Source of the DNA: Parasitella parasitica NRRL 2501 | Lineage: Eukaryota; Fungi; Mucoromycota | Length of the DNA stretch: 64,000 nt | Reading direction: 5' to 3' | NCBI GenBank assembly: GCA_025201805.1 | Contig: MU619299.1 | Coordinates: 71,304-135,303 of the forward strand | Shown: one piece after another, positions 50,879 to 61,920 of the stretch | Layout: each line of letters opens with the position of its first letter | How positions within the stretch are numbered: the stretch's first letter is position 1 | Notes under the pieces: generated by a model | The model's database searches: none | What the model was told of the DNA's origin: nothing | Seen by the model: only the letters and a program-made list of their open reading frames with translations | Program-made: the position numbers and the translations under genes

Positions 50879-51970
50879 TGAACAATTTATCTATATTCAT
50901 CATGACATTTAAAATAACATTTATAAAACATTTATCATCACGAGTTATAAATTTTAAATCATACTCTAGAGTGGTACAAAAGAAATAAGATGTCTCTATC
51001 TCTTATGTTTTGCAAAGGTAATAGACATTGAGCCGTAGATATTAAACCAATTATTAGCGTTATACATCAGCATAAACTGAGTTTTCACACACAAAGAATC
51101 TTCGTTAAAATAAGAGTATGATATTGTATATGAACTTCAAATAAACCAAGCTCCAATATCAATATGCCATTGGTTCTCTCTTTTTCAATCATTGCTACCA
51201 CGAAGTCATTTTATCCATAATCATTCATTCTAGAAAAACTAGTATAAAAAGATAGATGTTTATATAAAGTTTTAAAAAGTAGTTTTATATTTTTTGATAC
51301 TAGTAATTTAACAATTAGTTAGGGAAAAAGGCAACATTTTTATCCAACCAAAAATAAAGCTGTAGAAATATTTTTTTGAAATCATATTTTACTATTAAGC
51401 TATATATGAACGCCTGTTCCAAGTTGCGTACGAGATTCATGTGTCTTACTCCTCAATTGAGAATGAGTCAGCATTGGCAACATATGTACCTATATACGGT
51501 ATAAAGATTTTATACGTGGATGATTTCAAATTGTGTCAATACTATACATCACAAGAAAGTATTAGGACACACATTTACCTTATCAGCGCCAATGATTTAT
51601 GTAAGGTGATGTATTCTGCATCGAGTAATGCAAATTCTAGCACAATTAACATAACTTTCTTTTACTTTCAATTATCAAAAAAATTCTTGATTCGGCAATT
51701 TTATAATGATGGTTTGAAATTAAGCAGAACTTATATAAAACTTCCAGACAAACACATGAAACTATAAAAAAAATGAAAAAAAAACTAACAATTTTAAAGC
51801 CTGTTATAATTCAAGCATGGTTTGGGAAGTTTGCAAACCATTTGATTTCCACTGAGCGATGTCTCTATCAAAAGTTATCTGTGAAAACCGTTTCGCGTTT
51901 TTTTTTGGCGGAGTGTGAAATATAAAATCACGTGATGGGTGTGTAAGTTGTTGTGTTAAATTCTCCTCGT

Positions 51971-52140
51971 CTATTCTACGATATACTTCAGATGTTTTTT
52001 GATTACATTTTTCAATCTTACAAGTCGGAGGGGGAGTAACTGGTACTCATGGGATCCATTATGGATACCCACCTTATCCGCAATTTAATTAATATCATTT
52101 TATATGAATAAATCTTATACTTTGACTATTCTACGATATA
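51971..52140. repeat. 15-bp exact direct repeat (CTATTCTACGATATA) bounding a 140-bp segment
   Basis: Identical 15-mers at 51971-51985 and 52126-52140. Confidence 0.8.
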
Positions 52141-53407
52141 ACAAAAACTTGTTACATAGTGCCCGATTAGCATCAATAATCCTATTAGCGCTTAGCACTT
52201 CCGTATAATAAACCCATGTGTGTTGTAAAATATCAATGTTTAAAATGTATTTTAGTATTTATTGATACTGATATGATAATAAAACGTATGGATCGATTTG
52301 CGTTATGTAAAAATAGCTTTAACTTTCATGAATGACAAACTTTTGCTCATAATTTATACTAAAGGAAGGGTAGAACCGAGATAGACGAACCTGGAAATCA
52401 TCGAAAAGATTAGAGTTATCCAGTAAAAATACTTCTTTTGATGACGGAAAAATCGATCTTTATAGTCTTTCTCTTGCAACGAAAGCAGCTGCATTGTGAG
52501 TAAATACAAACTTATAGAGGCGACCAAACAATGCACCACATCAATACCTACATGCCCATATATTCTACACAACTGTTGCTCAATTATCTTTTTGCCAAAA
52601 ACCTTGACCAAAACCAATCTGCCGCGATTCTTGTCTCTAGTTTTATAGACTGCCAAAATGGGCCACCATTTATCAAATAAAGTACTGTGTTCTACGGTAG
52701 AGTCAATGTACAATAAATCTGCCAACGGAATCAGGAAGTGCTAAGAAAACGCACATTATTATAAATTATCTATTTTCAATAATGCATCATGTATAATGCT
52801 ACAGGCATATTGGATGTCAACCATGAAGTGGCGTATAGTTTACAGGAAAAATATTTAGAGTAGTTGCTTCGATTTTAGCTTCTGTGTGATGGATTTTTGA
52901 GTAACCACCAAGGTTTATACAGTGATATTATTGAAACAAGCGAATGAAATAGACATCAAAGTCTGTTTTCGATTATAGTCTACTATAGCATAGCAAGTGC
53001 CTATCATGATATATATACAACGTAGTAGACAATTTTGCTACAAGTACAGGCTGCCGTACACAAGTTGCACAAGAATATGGAGAGATGGTCCTACATGATA
53101 CAACCCAAGATGTAACCGATGGCTTTCTCTGCATCATAATGATTCAACAATAATAGCAATGCACAAACAAAATAAATCAGCAACTCGTGTTGGGGAGAGT
53201 ATTATTGTTATTATGATTTTGTTTTTAAGCCGAAGCAATTATACATGTGTATAAATTTTAATTCTTTGCTTCGCCCTCCTTTTCCTGATCTTGAACAGTG
53301 GTTTTTAAGGTTCAAACTGAGCGAATTATATATTTCATCCTTTTTTTATCCCACCAAGAATACCCTTTCTCTTCATTTTCTTACACTACACTGTGTAAAA
53401 AACAAAG

Positions 53408-56100
53408 ATGCAATCATTTGCTCAAAAGTTTACCTATGATGTAGCCTTGTGGATATTCAATCTTATGCTGGATATTTTTTTCCGAGAAGTTCGGCCTAGA
53501 GGAGCGCATAAAATACCCAAAAAAGGTCCAGTTATTTTTGTTGTGGCCCCACACGCAAATCAGGTATGTATATATGTAGGTGGCCTCGCTAGTAATTATT
53601 AACGGTTTAAATACTATAGTTTGTTGATCCCATAGTTCTCATGCGAGAATGTGGCAGAAGGGTTTCATTCCTGATAGCAGAGAAATCAATGCACCAGAAA
53701 GGAATTGGCTTCTTTGCTCGGATGATTAATGCTAGTAAGTTCCTCTATTTATCTGCAGAAATCAATCAAAATTAACGTTTGCAAGTTCCTGTTGTTCGAC
53801 CACAGGATTTGGCGAAACCTGGCAGTGGCCGTATTCAGCTGCTGAACCGCAAAACAGATCCTCTTCGTATTATTGGTATCGATACCCAGTTCACAGCCCA
53901 ATTGAAGCCACGCGATTCGATTGTACTTCCAAAGGGATGTGGTGTATCTGAAGTAGATCAAGTAATCTCGGATACAGAGATAATAATCAAAAAGGAATTT
54001 AAGGAATTGAAGGCGATGGAGATGCTGACGCAAAGCGACGGTACAGCCTACAAATGCATGCCGCATGTTGAGCAGGATTCAGTGTACAGGTGTGTTCATG
54101 ACGAGCTGAACAATGGAAGATGCATCACAATCTTTCCAGAAGGTGGCAGTCATGACAGGGCGGAAATGCTACCTTTGAAAGGTGAGAAAATTTCCTGTTT
54201 GTTTTATGTTTGTGATTTGCTGAATATTGGGGCAACTCTTTTTCTTGTAGCTGGTGTTACGTTGATGGCGTTGGGTGCAATGGCAAAGTATGAAGGGTTG
54301 GATGTTAAAATTGTCCCTTGTGGTAGGCTCTCTTTCTGCTTGAATTTTTCGAGGCATACACTGACCTAGACCATACAATAGGGCTTAACTATTTTCATGC
54401 TCATCGCTTTCGATCTCGCGCAGTGATTGAGTTTGGTAATCCCATCACAGTGTCAGCTGAGCTCGTTCAGAAGTTCAAATCGGGTGGAATAGCAAAGAGA
54501 GAAGCCTGCTCAAATTTACTGGATAGCATCTACAATGCGCTAAAAACAGTGACAATTAATGCGGGAAGTTATGAAACACTTATGGTATGTGTGAATGATT
54601 TAGGTTGTCTTGCAAGACAAATTAAACAAACAAACACCTGCTACAGTTGATTCAAGCTGCAAGGCGACTTTACAAGCCGGCACACAAGAAATTGCATCTT
54701 TCTCAAGTAGTTGATCTGAACAGACGATTTTTGATTGGATACAATATATTCAGGGACGATCCCAAAGTGATGGAGCTACAGCAAAGAGTCATGGCGTACA
54801 ACCAATTACTGAAATATCATGGCATCAAAGATCATCAAGTTTCAAAAACTAACAACGAGAACAACGGCCGGCTGTTATGGCTGCTGATTAAGCGTATATT
54901 TATTCTGATCATTTTGGGTTTGTGGGCATTTCCAGGTGGTATTTTAAATCTCCCGGTTGTTATTGTAGCCAAGGTGATTAGCCAAAAGAAGGCAAAAGGT
55001 AAAGTGAATTTCTACTCTGTACGGGATACCTAACATTTTGCTCCAGATGCTTTGAAAGGATCAACAGTTAAAATTGCAGGTCGGGATGTCCTGGCAACGT
55101 GGAAACTGCTAGTTGGATTGGTATTGCTACCGACATTGTATGGATTTTACAGCTTGATTGTGTTCATCGCTGTACTACAAACGAATTTTGATACAAAATG
55201 GAAGCTGATTTTTCCACTGGCAACATGGAGTCTGCTACCATTCGTGTCTTATGCAAGCTTGAGATTTGGTGAAATTGGTCATGATATCTTCAAGTAGGTT
55301 GGGAAGACAAAGAATTGGTAATGCAACTAAACATCTTAAATAGGTCAATTCAGCCTACAGTGATGGCATTATTAGATCCGCAGGGGGCCGAAACCCTCCG
55401 TCAGAACCGGGAGAAACTATCAAGCAATATCACCGAATTGATCAACGAATATGGGCCCAAAGTATTCCCTGATTTTGATGGTATATATATATATATATAC
55501 ACTGTGCAATCTTGATGAGTGTAGTCAATAACGCACATTAAAATAGCCAATTACATTTCAAGCCCTGTCCCTAGTCGCACAACAAGCACAAACAACATTT
55601 CATGGACATCTGCACCTAGTAAGCTACCCAAGATTGCAAGCGGTTTCTTCCAACAGGCGACGCGCATGAATTGGCTGGACGACAAGAACATATTCAACTG
55701 GGGACGAACTGAGGATTCGGACATGGCTGATGATGTATTCTTCTTTTTGGACAAATTTTATGGCAACATTAGCGGTCGCAGCAGAAGTGGCTCCGTCAGC
55801 GAATCAGACTCAAGACCTGCCAGCCGAAATCGCAGCCGTGCCAACAGCGTCAGTAACGAAAGTTTCATCAAAGTTGAAGGCATGACAAGTTTGCCTGATA
55901 ATAACAATATACCAGATGATGATATTGCTCCTGCTCCGCTCGTCATACAAGATGAAGCCCCCTCAGGTAGCAACAAATCATTGACGGCAAGACGTATATT
56001 TAGAATTGATGATGTCGAGGAGGATGATGAGGAAGAAGAGGAAGATCAGCAAGTAACCGTGCACAAGCTATCAGTGGGAGATAGCAAAAAAGATGTTTAG
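53408..56100 (+). CDS. SCT1: Glycerol-3-phosphate/DHAP sn-1 acyltransferase (Sct1/Gpt2 family), multi-exon
   Basis: FFREVRPRGAHKIP, PHANQFVDP (HxxxxD motif across an intron), IFPEGGSHDR, HRFRSRAVIEFG, GRDVLATWK, and C-terminal TM helices. Confidence 0.95.
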
Positions 56101-56269
56101 GCTATCAGAGATTGGCATCAAAACAAAAAAATACCATAATCAATAAATAAATCTTTGCTAACTCTGAGCGAAATGAATATTCCTATAACCACCCTAGCCA
56201 TTTATATTATACTCCAGGGTTTCCCATTACTATTTTTTTTTTTTTTTTTTTCCCTCACTGCCACCTCAG

Positions 56270-56958
56270 ATGATGTTACGCTGCTTTTCAACCCAAAACA
56301 AATACGCACTAAGCTTAGGTTTACAGCAAAGAAGCCTCAGTTCGACATGTCGCCTATTTAGTAGCAACAAGCCTGATGACAAGGTTATGAAGAGCACAGA
56401 GGAGGATTGGGAGCAGGCAGATGTAAAGCAATCCAGCATTGCCAATTACGCTATTCCACGGCAGGCTTCGTCCGCCATCCCGAGCAGCATGTTGGCAGCA
56501 TTCAACAACATGTTTGACCGCGGACCCAATGTAGGTGTTGAAGTGATCACAAAAAAGGGATTCGTCCTTTCGAACCATATCAAAGTCAACCAACCGCTCA
56601 TTCTACTAAACGGATCACCATTTTTATGGAACGCACCGCCGCGAACAGCTGGATTTCTACCCATGAAAGACTGGGACACTGACACTTTTAGGATATTTGA
56701 GATAGTGTCGCCCAGGCCTGAGTTGATCATGTTTGGTACCGGCCGAGAGTTTGCTCCCATTCCTGAGCATATCAGACAGTATTTCTTTAAGTTAGGAATT
56801 CAAGTAGATCAGATGAATTCTGTAAGTCTTGGCCGAAATGGCTAAACAGTCTTTGTTCTTAACCTTTAAAGTAGAAACATGCAGCCGCGACTTACAATGT
56901 ATTGGCAGAAGAGGGAAGAAGAATTGCAGCAGCTTTATTACCACTTGACGAAAATTAA
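56270..56958 (+). CDS. NDUFAF3: Complex I assembly factor NDUFAF3 (Mth938/DUF498), 2 exons
   Basis: Mitochondrial-type leader, FEIVSPRPELIMFGTG, GIQVDQMNS|KHAAATYNVLAEEGRRIAAALLP; stop at 56956-56958. Confidence 0.93.
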
Positions 56959-56988
56959 ATAAACAAATATGTACAGCTATTTACAAAA

Positions 56989-58328
56989 TCAAGGTTGGAC
57001 TAAAACCCTTTGTTGTTTGTGTATCAGTTGGATGCCACTGTCTCTTGGTGGAGGCGGGAAAGTGATCCGGTCATTGTGAAAGAACGAGGGCCCTTTTCTA
57101 ATCCTTATCACACTAGTGAAAATTGCCTGTATAAATCTCTGTTCGTCAATTAGACGCACATCTTTTCGCAGGCTAGGTTGGTCAGTTACTGTGGCGACCA
57201 GATTTCGTATGTTCCAAGCAGACAGCAAAAACAGTTTTTTGGAGCTGATGTTGTTGTCTTTGAGTTGTCTGTACGTAGTTTTTCGAACCTCTTTCACTAA
57301 ATCGCCCACTGCTTTGGCCCATAATATGTTTTGGCTCAAATCCTTGTTGTCTTCGTCTCGGGCGTATCTTTTCATCTTGGATTCGATTGCCTAATAACCA
57401 GCTATTAGTACGGTTCTTTTGCGAAACTACGCACTTACCAGGTCACAGCGGTTTTTAACAAAGAATACAGGAATGTCGTGTTCTTGTGCTTTTACCGCAA
57501 TGTCCAGATCTATCGACTGCAATCTATTATCTATGTCAGATGATCTTGTGCGCCATCACCTCGGAATTACTTTAAATATGTCCATACCTTTCTGCAGTTA
57601 CAATGATCAGAGAATCAAAGACATTCAAATGATTATCTTCAAAGTAAGTGGCTGAATTATGCGTGCAAGTTCCTCCTCCTGGCATGTCCCACAAGACCAT
57701 TGCTCGTAATTCAGGATGTCTGTGTCCTCGAGGTTCGTCGCGGTACCCAGCCGCCTCGTTAGTGGGCGCTGCACTCGGATGTGTGTCCTGGTAGCCTAAA
57801 AGAGCATTGACCATGGTGCTCTATCATGTTGTGTAAGTTGATGCTTTGCTTACCATCTCTTATGTATACGTACCTTTCCTGTTCCTGCACTGCCGACGAC
57901 TGCTATATTGTAGAATTGGTCACAGTCTACACCAATAGCTCTTCGAGCATTGAATTTGGTTTCTTCCGATATGTCAAGTGGTTTATCAGGGCTCTCAGTG
58001 AAAATGGTTTGATATGCAGACCATAATGCAACAAAAGGAGACAATGGCCCTAAGTAATGATGCATATCAGTGCGTGATGAGTTATGCGATCAAGGCAAAA
58101 CTTACATCCGACAACGCCTAGCAATCCTCCAACTGTGCTGTCTATCATTTTCACTCCCGTATATTCATGTTCACTAAATTTATACGCATTTAAAATTGGA
58201 AATGCTACAATCACCATTGGAACTGAAATGGTTGATAGAGTTGCCTTCTTAAATCGGCTGGAAAAATCATTGATATTGCACAATACATTTGATTTGTTTC
58301 CGAGTGTAATTGAAGCTGCTTGTCCCAT
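56989..58328 (-). CDS. IRG/p47 (IIGP-family) immunity-related-GTPase-like protein, 5 exons
   Basis: Spliced: MGQAAS.., NIAVVGSAGTGKSTMVNALLG (G1), AAPT (G2 region), VLWDMPGGG (G3), YFEDNHLNVFDSLIIVTAERL, PVFFVKNRCD (G4), LFLLSAW (G5). All four introns are canonical GT-AG and keep the frame. Confidence 0.85.
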
Positions 58329-58699
58329 TTTAATTGACTGAAAAAAGACAGAAAAGAGAGAAAGAAGGAGGCCGAGTTTTTCTTGATTTATAGCCTAAAG
58401 GAGGCCAGATCAGGAGCCCTCATCTCAGAGCCATATGGTCGACCTTTTCCGCAGAACAACCAGGCCCAGTTTCATGTGAAAATTTTGTCAGGAGGTCATG
58501 GGTTGGCAAGCATCATCCAATGTTTTCTAGCTACAAAATGTGAACTCTATGCTGAATTATACGATAATTTTTCTCATATTAACCACACCTATTTCCAAAG
58601 CATGGTATATCCGTATTTTCTCTCTTTACATGACGAAATTGTTAGGAAAAAAGCTTTAATTCAACATTTGTTGCTCTATGAACATGTATACGTAAACAT

Positions 58700-59890
58700 G
58701 GCTTGTGCAACGTGCAACAACAAATGCAGGAATTCGTGATTTCAAATATTACATATATCAAGTACAGCATTTCCCTCCTGACTTGAAGATCAGAGGTGGA
58801 TTATCTAAATACTATTGACTCTATTTGTGATCCCATCAATTCTTGGCCATGCTGTACGATAATAAGCCTGGGATCTTGTCTGATTACATATGACATTCGC
58901 TTGTGTAATGTAGTATTTAGTTCAGCGCCATACATGCTATGATATTCACGTTTAAGAAATACACCTTTTTTTAAAAAATATTCGTAAACTGGAGCAAGAG
59001 ATTTCGCACACTTGAAAAAACGTCTGTGGAATAAAATATGGATCAGCTATTGAAAAGTTTTGTATAGATGTCTAATAAAATCTCGTGCACTTTTGAAAAA
59101 AAAAATCGTACAGATCTTTTGCACAGAGGTTTGTAATTGTACCACATCCAAGCAACCTTGAAATTTTGACACCAAGTATTAACAAGCACTTTGCAACCCG
59201 CTCGAGTAGATATTATTACAGGCTTCAGTAATTCTAGGTAGCAGTGTTTTTTCAGGTGAAGAGACCCTTTTCAGAATTCAGTTTTGGTCCTACTTTATTT
59301 TCAACTCTCAAGTTTCAGCACTAGCAAGCAGTACCTCTTCAACAGCCATCTCTATCATCCTCGTTAATTGCAAATATGCTCTTACCTGAATCTTTGAGTA
59401 AATTCTTTGTATAGGCCACGTTTTTTTCTTTTTCTTTATATATATGGCTTCGCCTAATCTGTCAAAAGAAAAATAGCCTTCACAACAAGATTGTAAAGTC
59501 TCTTGTCAGTTCTTTGCTCATCCTTTTTAAAAGTTGCCCAAGCTTGAAAGCAACGCATATCCGTGTATAAAACCAATCTTATCAATATTTGAAGCATTGT
59601 TGTTGAAAACAGTAATGGCTTCATTTGTTGCAACATGACCTGGCTGAGAGTCGGTGTTCTCGCTTACCATAGTAGATGTAACATTATCTTGATCATCGGT
59701 CTGCAGTGAAGTCGCTTGGAGTAAATCTGGTTTCTCTGATACAGTTAACAAAGTCATTGAAGGTTGTTGAAGGCTTTTGAAGACTATTGTTAAACCTGTT
59801 GAAGCCCTGTTAAAGTCTGTTGTTTAGTCTGTTCTTGAGCCTATTATTGAGTCTATTGTTGAATCTATTGTTGAGCCTGCTGAAGTTTGT
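58700..59890 (-). pseudogene. Degenerate gene or transposon-derived fragment
   Basis: Minus-strand coding-like stretches (59527-59757, 59454-59636, ..AWPRIDGI..) interrupted by stops and frameshifts. Family not identified. Confidence 0.35.
59811..59882 (+). repeat. Degenerate 12-bp minisatellite (consensus about TTGAGTCTATTG, about 6 copies)
   Basis: Units ttgagcctatta, ttgagtctattg, ttgaatctattg, ttgagcctgctg, plus more diverged upstream copies. Confidence 0.7.
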
Positions 59891-60548
59891 TTTTAATAAG
59901 CTTACCAACAATAACTGAAAAAGCACGCACATTCACTTATCATTCATGAATTTAAGCACGTGCCGGATTAAATATTTGAAAAAAATACATTTTTCTTCTT
60001 TCTTTTTTAATAAAAAGTAAGTGTCTACAACAAAGCGTTATACAGTAGTTAAATAATTTTGCTTCCTTTGCTTACAATACAGAATATCTGCCTCTAAGAA
60101 ATTCGAGAGATCACTATAAAAACAGGTTGTAAAAGTTAAGGCTTTCCCCTTTTCAAAAATTATGCGAAATTCAGTTCTTGGCAAAAAAAAAAAAAAAAAC
60201 TCTTTCTTTTACCAAAAACTATTGATTTTCATCTTTTTGAATGCGAAATCCGGTAAGAATATGAATCACTCCTTTGTAAGCTTAATAGCTATGATAATGC
60301 TGAATGCGTATAGTCAAAAGATGAATCACTTTTCATTGGAAGAGTTTTAGATCCGTTTTTAAATGTGATTTTTCCTGCCGGTGGTACTGAGACTAGAGAT
60401 GGGTAAGTACTACGGTATACATGGCACATGTATACGCAAACTCATAACCATCTGCGTTATGTAGTCGTTTCACACTTTTATAGGAAATAGCGCCATAAGA
60501 ACTGGCATGATCATCGCTATCTGAGCATAACTTGCTTTTCACTGGGCA

Positions 60549-61065
60549 ATGTGTTCATCCAACTTGAAGCCTGATGTGAATTACAGTTCCAGAATTGGCT
60601 CTAATATATTCAAATGTCCGAACTCTGTTGCCAAACACGACTTGTTCAAGATGTCTTTGGAATTACAGCTTATGATTAATCGTATGATAGCCAACAAGGT
60701 CTATAAGCCTGTCGACTATGTATTTGTTGGACAAGGTAGAGTTATGAGCAAAGCATTGCGAAGAGTAAATAACTAACTCTTTAAGTGTAGGTTTCGATTA
60801 TGAAGTTTATAGAATGGAATTGGTCGCTCCTTATTTCTATTTACTAATCAAGGTACGCTCATTGTACCTTCCTCGAAGTAAATATAACTTGACAGTTGCC
60901 CTTACAACTATACCTACCTTGCTGCAACTGCAACAACTTACTTGCAACCAAGTGCATAAAGCAAGAAAAAATGTTGTGTTTGCTGAAAGCGAACATTGTG
61001 ATTGGACAAGATCCTCTTTGATTTTCTTAAAATCAACTTTTTTAAAAACAAATTTGTATATGTAG
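60549..61065 (+). pseudogene. 5'-truncated fragment of a Mucorales-expanded PD-(D/E)xK-like gene family (intron 60736-60790)
   Basis: Spliced LKPD..DLFKMSLELQLMINRMI..KPVDYVFVGQGFDYEVYRMEL..YLLIKVRSLYLPRS..LLQLQ resembles this family's C-terminal pattern. An in-frame stop lies just upstream (60528-60530) and the ExK motif is missing. Confidence 0.55.
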
Positions 61066-61299
61066 AATGAAAAAGAGTATACAGACACGAAATCGTTCTA
61101 GCTTCTTAGGAGTAGTAAACATACTCCCTCATATTGGAACAAATTAAATGCACAATGTATAAGTAATTTGTGATCTTTAAACATTGAAAAAATTTGACCG
61201 TTGAATCTTCAGCTGTACCTCCTTTGTTAATGTCAACACTGAAACAAATCTCTTTTCAATTTGTATTTTCTATGACTGGTTACATGGCAGTGTTGGTCA

Positions 61300-61920
61300 A
61301 CCAAAGAGAACTGCTTTATGCAGCAGAAAGCATTTCCATGGCAAATCAGTCGAGGTAGATCATACGAAGAAGATAGTTATAGATGCAAATCAAGCAAGCC
61401 GCTGTATTAGATGCGAGAAAAAAATGCTTGAAGATATCAACAACAGCAGTAGCACCCATTTTTACTACGTGAAACTTCTCGATTTATTGGCAGATATTCA
61501 ATAGGATAATTCTGGAATGGCCGCTATTTTTAGACAAGAGAACCAGTTGTTTAGAGAGGAAAATGAAAGACTACATCAACAACTGGCCAGCAAATAGTGA
61601 AAGATCAAGAGATGTGCTGATTATCCTGTAATCAAGAGAAGAAAAATTGACAAAGGCAAGCAAAAGGAAGCGAATTACATTGGTATTGGTACTGATGAAG
61701 ACGAATTTATGAATACTATTTATGTAATTTTTATTCAATTGTTTTTTCTTATGTATTTAACTAAGCATAAAACATGAGCATTTTTAAGTGTATCACAAAG
61801 GATAATTGCACCATCCATAAATCAAAACCGATGATCAGGAAGATTGAAAGTCGCGGTTATAAGGTGATTCATCTACCCCCTTATTCGGCTGAGTTACTGT
61901 CATTTTGCAGTTTCTGTAAA
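61300..61920 (+). mobile_element. Tc1/mariner (IS630-like) DDE transposase relic
   Basis: 61801-61896 translates DNCTIHKSKPMIRKIESRGYKVIHLPPYSAEL, the DN..H..LPPYSP(D/E)LN motif, then decays. Upstream sequence is fragmentary, so the left boundary is approximate. Confidence 0.85.

Noticed and set aside
52354-52725. 123-aa minus-strand ORF
   Set aside because: No ATG start and no recognisable motif or splice partner. It could be a relic but is unsupported.
59757-59890. Repeat array considered as CRISPR-like
   Set aside because: Contiguous degenerate 12-bp units without unique spacers, in a eukaryotic context.
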